Origin: a virus
Taxonomy: Duplodnaviria > Heunggongvirae > Uroviricota > Caudoviricetes
Length of the DNA stretch: 64,000 nucleotides
Reading direction: 5' to 3' (one strand)
IMG/VR virus record: IMGVR_UViG_3300021979_000001
Span: 290,948 to 354,947 of that record
This document shows, piece after piece, positions 60,936 through 64,000 of the stretch. The notes under the pieces were generated by a model, which did no database searches, had not been told where the DNA came from, and saw only the letters and a list, made by a program, of their open reading frames with translations. The number at the start of each line of letters is the position of its first letter. The stretch's first letter is position 1. The position numbers and the translations under genes are program-made.

Positions 60936-61501
60936 TACTGCAACCCTGACATTATCAATTTAAACATTACTCGTGTTTCGTCCGTTTTAAAATAGAACGT
61001 GTTTGTCATCGTGTGGGTTGGATATTTCAAAACACAATCGATATTACCGATCATTTTTTTTGGTATAAAAAATCGTTCATTGTTGGTAAACGGCAATATC
61101 GATATGTTGTTCAACGCTTTAAGAGCCTTAAACAAAAAATTATCCACTGGTTTGGTAGTGGTGTATAATAAATTGTAAGGATTATCCTTTGGTAAAACCC
61201 AATCGTCCTGGATAATTTCGTTAACCAAATGGGCATATTTCTTATCAACAAAACCATGTGCCCCGTCGGCATATATCTTAATGCGGTGTTCACGTGCTAA
61301 CTTGTTGAGTTTTGCTGTTGTGATATTTATGTTAGCCGAAAAATCCAGAAACAGTTTATCAAACATCCGGTTATACGATTTAAGCATATATGGAAACGAA
61401 ATATATTGCATATCCTGTTTTATTGCATCGTCGTTAAAGTGTTGATCATTATTAGCATATTGCATACTACTGCCAAATAATTTCAGTTCGCCCGATTGCA
61501 T
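60935..61501 (-). CDS. expanded paralog family protein (C-terminal half only)
   Basis: LNKLAREHRIKI...FVD...IIQDDW; ends FYFKTDETRVMFKL. Confidence 0.7.
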   Translation of the reverse strand: MQSGELKLFGSSMQYANNDQHFNDDAIKQDMQYISFPYMLKSYNRMFDKLFLDFSANINITTAKLNKLAREHRIKIYADGAHGFVDKKYAHLVNEIIQDDWVLPKDNPYNLLYTTTKPVDNFLFKALKALNNISILPFTNNERFFIPKKMIGNIDCVLKYPTHTMTNTFYFKTDETRVMFKLIMSGLQ

Positions 61502-61663
61502 AAAACCACCCTGTGCATATCTGTTTGGATTTGATTAGTTAATCATAAAATGGTCCGTGATGGAAATGTTTTTTTCAAAATCAATTTGGTAACGCGGGAT
61601 CATAACAACAAAAGCCATAATAACAGAATGATTATGTTTCACTCTGTCATTATGGCTTTTTAA

Positions 61664-61738
61664 TGGCTCCGGCAGTAGGATTCGAACCTACGGCCCCCTG
61701 ATTAACAGTCAGGTGTTCTACCGCTGAACTATACCGGA
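61664..61738 (-). tRNA. tRNA-Asn(GTT)
   Basis: TCCGGTA/TGCCGGA acceptor, CCTGA-CTGTTAA-TCAGG arm, G73, CCA. Confidence 0.96.
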
Positions 61739-61744
61739 ATATAA

Positions 61745-61821
61745 TGGTGGCGGGAGTAGGATTTGAACCTACGATCTCCGGGATATGAACCCGACGAGTT
61801 ACCAAACTTCTCCATCCCGCA
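61745..61821 (-). tRNA. initiator tRNA-fMet(CAT)
   Basis: 1:72 mismatch (T:C), three G-C pairs in the anticodon stem TCGGG-TTCATAT-CCCGG, CCA. Confidence 0.92.
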
Positions 61822-61827
61822 TCAATA

Positions 61828-62710
61828 AGAAACCCGTGAGATTACCGGGGTTTATAATGGGCCTTTCCGAACATTACCGATAACTTGCGATTATCGTTCT
61901 TTCGTTATCCATGCCACGTGATTGCAGCATATCCCATTAGTGTCGCCTTTTTTAGTGAGTGGCAGTTCTCACATCATTGAATTGTCCTCGACCGATTATC
62001 CCATACCGACACTTATAAATGCCGTTCGCGTTGCTACACGCTATACCAGATTACTGATCAATAGTCCTTAGATTTGCGATCTTTAGACTACCCATTTTCT
62101 CATAGAGAATGGGATTAGACACCTTTCCAATTCAACTGGGACAGTCTTTTGCGTTTTTTGCGGAATCGAACCGCCGAAGCAGATTAGAAGTCTGTTGCCA
62201 ACCATTGGCTATTGAAAAAATCACTGTCATGCGCTGTCCCAAGTTGCTTCATCACCGCTTTACAGTGACAAAATACAACGCATCACGTTCCGTTCGTCTT
62301 GCTAGACTACTAAGACTATATTTTGGATATTGTCAGTTCCCCACCAAAATCCTCATATATGCAAACCGCTCTTAGGTGCAACCCTTCGAACTTATTTTGC
62401 TATCCATTATGTTTCATGATGAACGATTTAGCGTTGTATAGATGATCTGCTACAATCATTTAGCAATCAGCATACGCCATCTTGCCTATCTTTTCAGCCA
62501 TACATTCGTTTTCTCACTAGACACCACGTTAATGATGTCACCTTGTGGGCAACACTGGACCTGCATAGATGTGCCAAAATAAATTGGTGAAAGTGCGTGA
62601 CTACTCTCTTTCAGTCTATTACTAGACTATATACTAATGACGCTATGCCGCCATAGAGAACCACACACAAGGAATGTCATAGACAAACCATACATGGTGG
62701 CTCAAAACTT
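61828..62710 (-). ncRNA. GOLLD-like giant structured ncRNA (boundaries approximate)
   Basis: ~0.9 kb ORF-free; many short helices (GTCT-AGCA-AGAC, CGTGT-AGCA-ACGCG, CGATAA..GCAA..TTATCG, GACATCA/TGGTGTC); 3' hairpin loop GTAATCTCA can pair with upstream TGAGA; abuts tRNA genes; family assignment from recalled features only. Confidence 0.65.
62151..62224 (-). tRNA. degenerate tRNA-Arg(TCT)-like element embedded in the large ncRNA
   Basis: D arm GCCAATGGTTGGC, anticodon arm CAGA-CTTCTAA-TCTG, T arm GCGG-TTCGATT-CCGC, T6/A6 acceptor-like stem, no CCA. Confidence 0.65.
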
Positions 62711-62827
62711 TTTAGTCTGAATGCTTCAAAAGGCACAGTTGCTATACCAGGGGGGACATTGGCGATTACGGGGGGAGTAAATCGCCGCAACTGTGCCCAT
62801 TGAAACACTCAAACAGTTCATATTCAA

Positions 62828-62839
62828 TTGTCAAAGAAC
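62828..62839 (-). promoter_or_regulatory. rrn-type boxA antitermination element
   Basis: GTTCTTTGACAA on the minus strand, ~45 nt after the predicted start of transcription. Confidence 0.6.
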
Positions 62840-62891
62840 TTAACAAGAATTTCAGTTTTGTTCGAAACCGTCTTCCTTGTCGTTGAAGATA

Positions 62892-62920
62892 GTTATAGCC
62901 TGCTACGAAACTACTGTCAA
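62892..62920 (-). promoter_or_regulatory. near-consensus sigma70 promoter for the ncRNA/tRNA operon
   Basis: TTGACA-17 nt-TATAAC with an A-rich UP-like tract upstream. Confidence 0.8.
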
Positions 62921-62958
62921 CATCTTATTTCAATCTTTTTTTGATTTTTTTGATTTTT

Positions 62959-63516
62959 TTATTCAAGAACACTGATCACCGGCACCGCATCATATGCTAG
63001 CTGTAACAAACAAATGTCAGTCATCCGTTCACACGATAGATAAAAATGATTGCGTTTGTGCCCATAAAAAACATATCGGCCAAGCAACTGCTCATTCAAC
63101 ACACTGATAACCATCTTGTGTTTTTTTGGGGCAACGATAGGTTTGGGTAAATTGCTATTATCCATGATATTAGTATATTTTATACTCACGTTATATAATT
63201 TGCCATTCTCATTTTTATCCCAACCTGGGAAATTTTGATTGACAAGGGCGGTATATATGTAACTTGTCGGGTATATGGTTTGCTCAAATACATTTGGTAA
63301 CCACAATTGATTATCATCCGCTACCGTAGGTGATGTATTATCAATCACGGTTTGTGATTTAGTGCTATAAATAAACGTCGTGTCAAATGGCAACCATAGC
63401 TGATCTGGATCGTATACGTTATCTAATATAATAATACCGCCTACAGAGGTAATATCATAAATGCGACGGGATTTTCCGTCCAATTTGATCAATGAAATTG
63501 TGGTTTTCATTGCCAT
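62959..63516 (-). CDS. hypothetical protein (paralog of 63507)
   Basis: N.P.WD...NG.LY...I and GRY motifs shared with 63507; two QLWLP motifs. Confidence 0.65.
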   Translation of the reverse strand: MAMKTTISLIKLDGKSRRIYDITSVGGIIILDNVYDPDQLWLPFDTTFIYSTKSQTVIDNTSPTVADDNQLWLPNVFEQTIYPTSYIYTALVNQNFPGWDKNENGKLYNVSIKYTNIMDNSNLPKPIVAPKKHKMVISVLNEQLLGRYVFYGHKRNHFYLSCERMTDICLLQLAYDAVPVISVLE

Positions 63517-63977
63517 TCATCCAAGTTTTTTTCCAAATCGCCGTTGCTGTCTATTAACGTAACCATCACATATGCATCATAATGCGAGAATACCGCAACA
63601 GTGACGCAACTGTTTGTGGTATGATTTAATAGCATATATCGCCCAGGGGCGTTATCAGAAAACCATTTTCTAAAAAGGTCAACATACATGGCAGAAAGAT
63701 GTATCTCTGCCTGATATAGTATTCCGTTACTATCGCGATCCCAACACGGATAATTATGTTGTGTTAAATCAAATTGCTCACATCCGATAACTTGGCAAAA
63801 CTCTGAAAAAGGTAATTGATACTGTTGTGCATTATCACAATAATTATACATTTGTTTAGTTAGTGGTTTGATACGATGCTCCCTATTTTTTCGGCTCATA
63901 CGACCCTCCCTATTTTTTCGGCTCACATGCCGCTCATATTCACCGTCGTTATTATAGGTATCCGTCTCAACTACCAA
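63507..63977 (-). CDS. hypothetical protein (paralog of 62959)
   Basis: 156 aa; QYQLPF; internal SRKNRE duplication. Confidence 0.6.
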   Translation of the reverse strand: MVVETDTYNNDGEYERHVSRKNREGRMSRKNREHRIKPLTKQMYNYCDNAQQYQLPFSEFCQVIGCEQFDLTQHNYPCWDRDSNGILYQAEIHLSAMYVDLFRKWFSDNAPGRYMLLNHTTNSCVTVAVFSHYDAYVMVTLIDSNGDLEKNLDEWQ

Positions 63978-64000
63978 CTTATTAACATAAATAAATGTTG

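Noticed and set aside
62109-62375. 88-aa ORF on the plus strand (also 14554..14814 and 55605..55937)
   Set aside because: They lie antisense to structured RNA candidates, with no RBS or recognisable protein features
63879-63925. 20-bp direct repeat with 27-bp period
   Set aside because: A simple in-frame micro-duplication (SRKNRE twice) with no sign of a regulatory or mobile element

Overview
AT-rich, densely coded 64-kb accessory segment of a large lytic (jumbo, T4-superfamily-like) phage genome. The host is probably alphaproteobacterial, inferred from the TrpRS and tRNA-Ile2 sequences. No core capsid or replication genes are present. Seven canonical tRNAs lie on the minus strand: Ser-TGA, Ser-GCT, Arg-TCT, Thr-TGT, Ile2/Met-CAT, Asn-GTT and fMet-CAT. 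Host-like genes include TrpRS, a YgiB/YgiC-like pair, a radical SAM enzyme, a nucleotidyltransferase, a DUF262 protein, an MTase and an HNH protein. Four features stand out. (1) A ~0.9-kb highly structured GOLLD-like RNA (61.83-62.71 kb, minus) has a degenerate tRNA-Arg(TCT) embedded in one of its stems. It is transcribed from a near-consensus sigma70 promoter with an rrn-type boxA, upstream of tRNA-fMet and tRNA-Asn. (2) At least 8 dispersed ADP-ribosyltransferase-fold genes, plus a zincin and a pseudogene, share a late-promoter motif (ATAAATA) and a T4 internal-protein-like N-terminal leader, consistent with virion-packaged effectors. (3) About 20 divergent paralogs, mostly 320-380 aa and of unknown function, share a C-terminal F/Y-x-K-D/N-E...KL motif and fill about a third of the window. 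(4) Two further ORF-free structured regions lie at 14.6-15.35 kb and 55.49-55.72 kb. All family assignments come from motif recognition by eye and need HMM or covariance-model confirmation.
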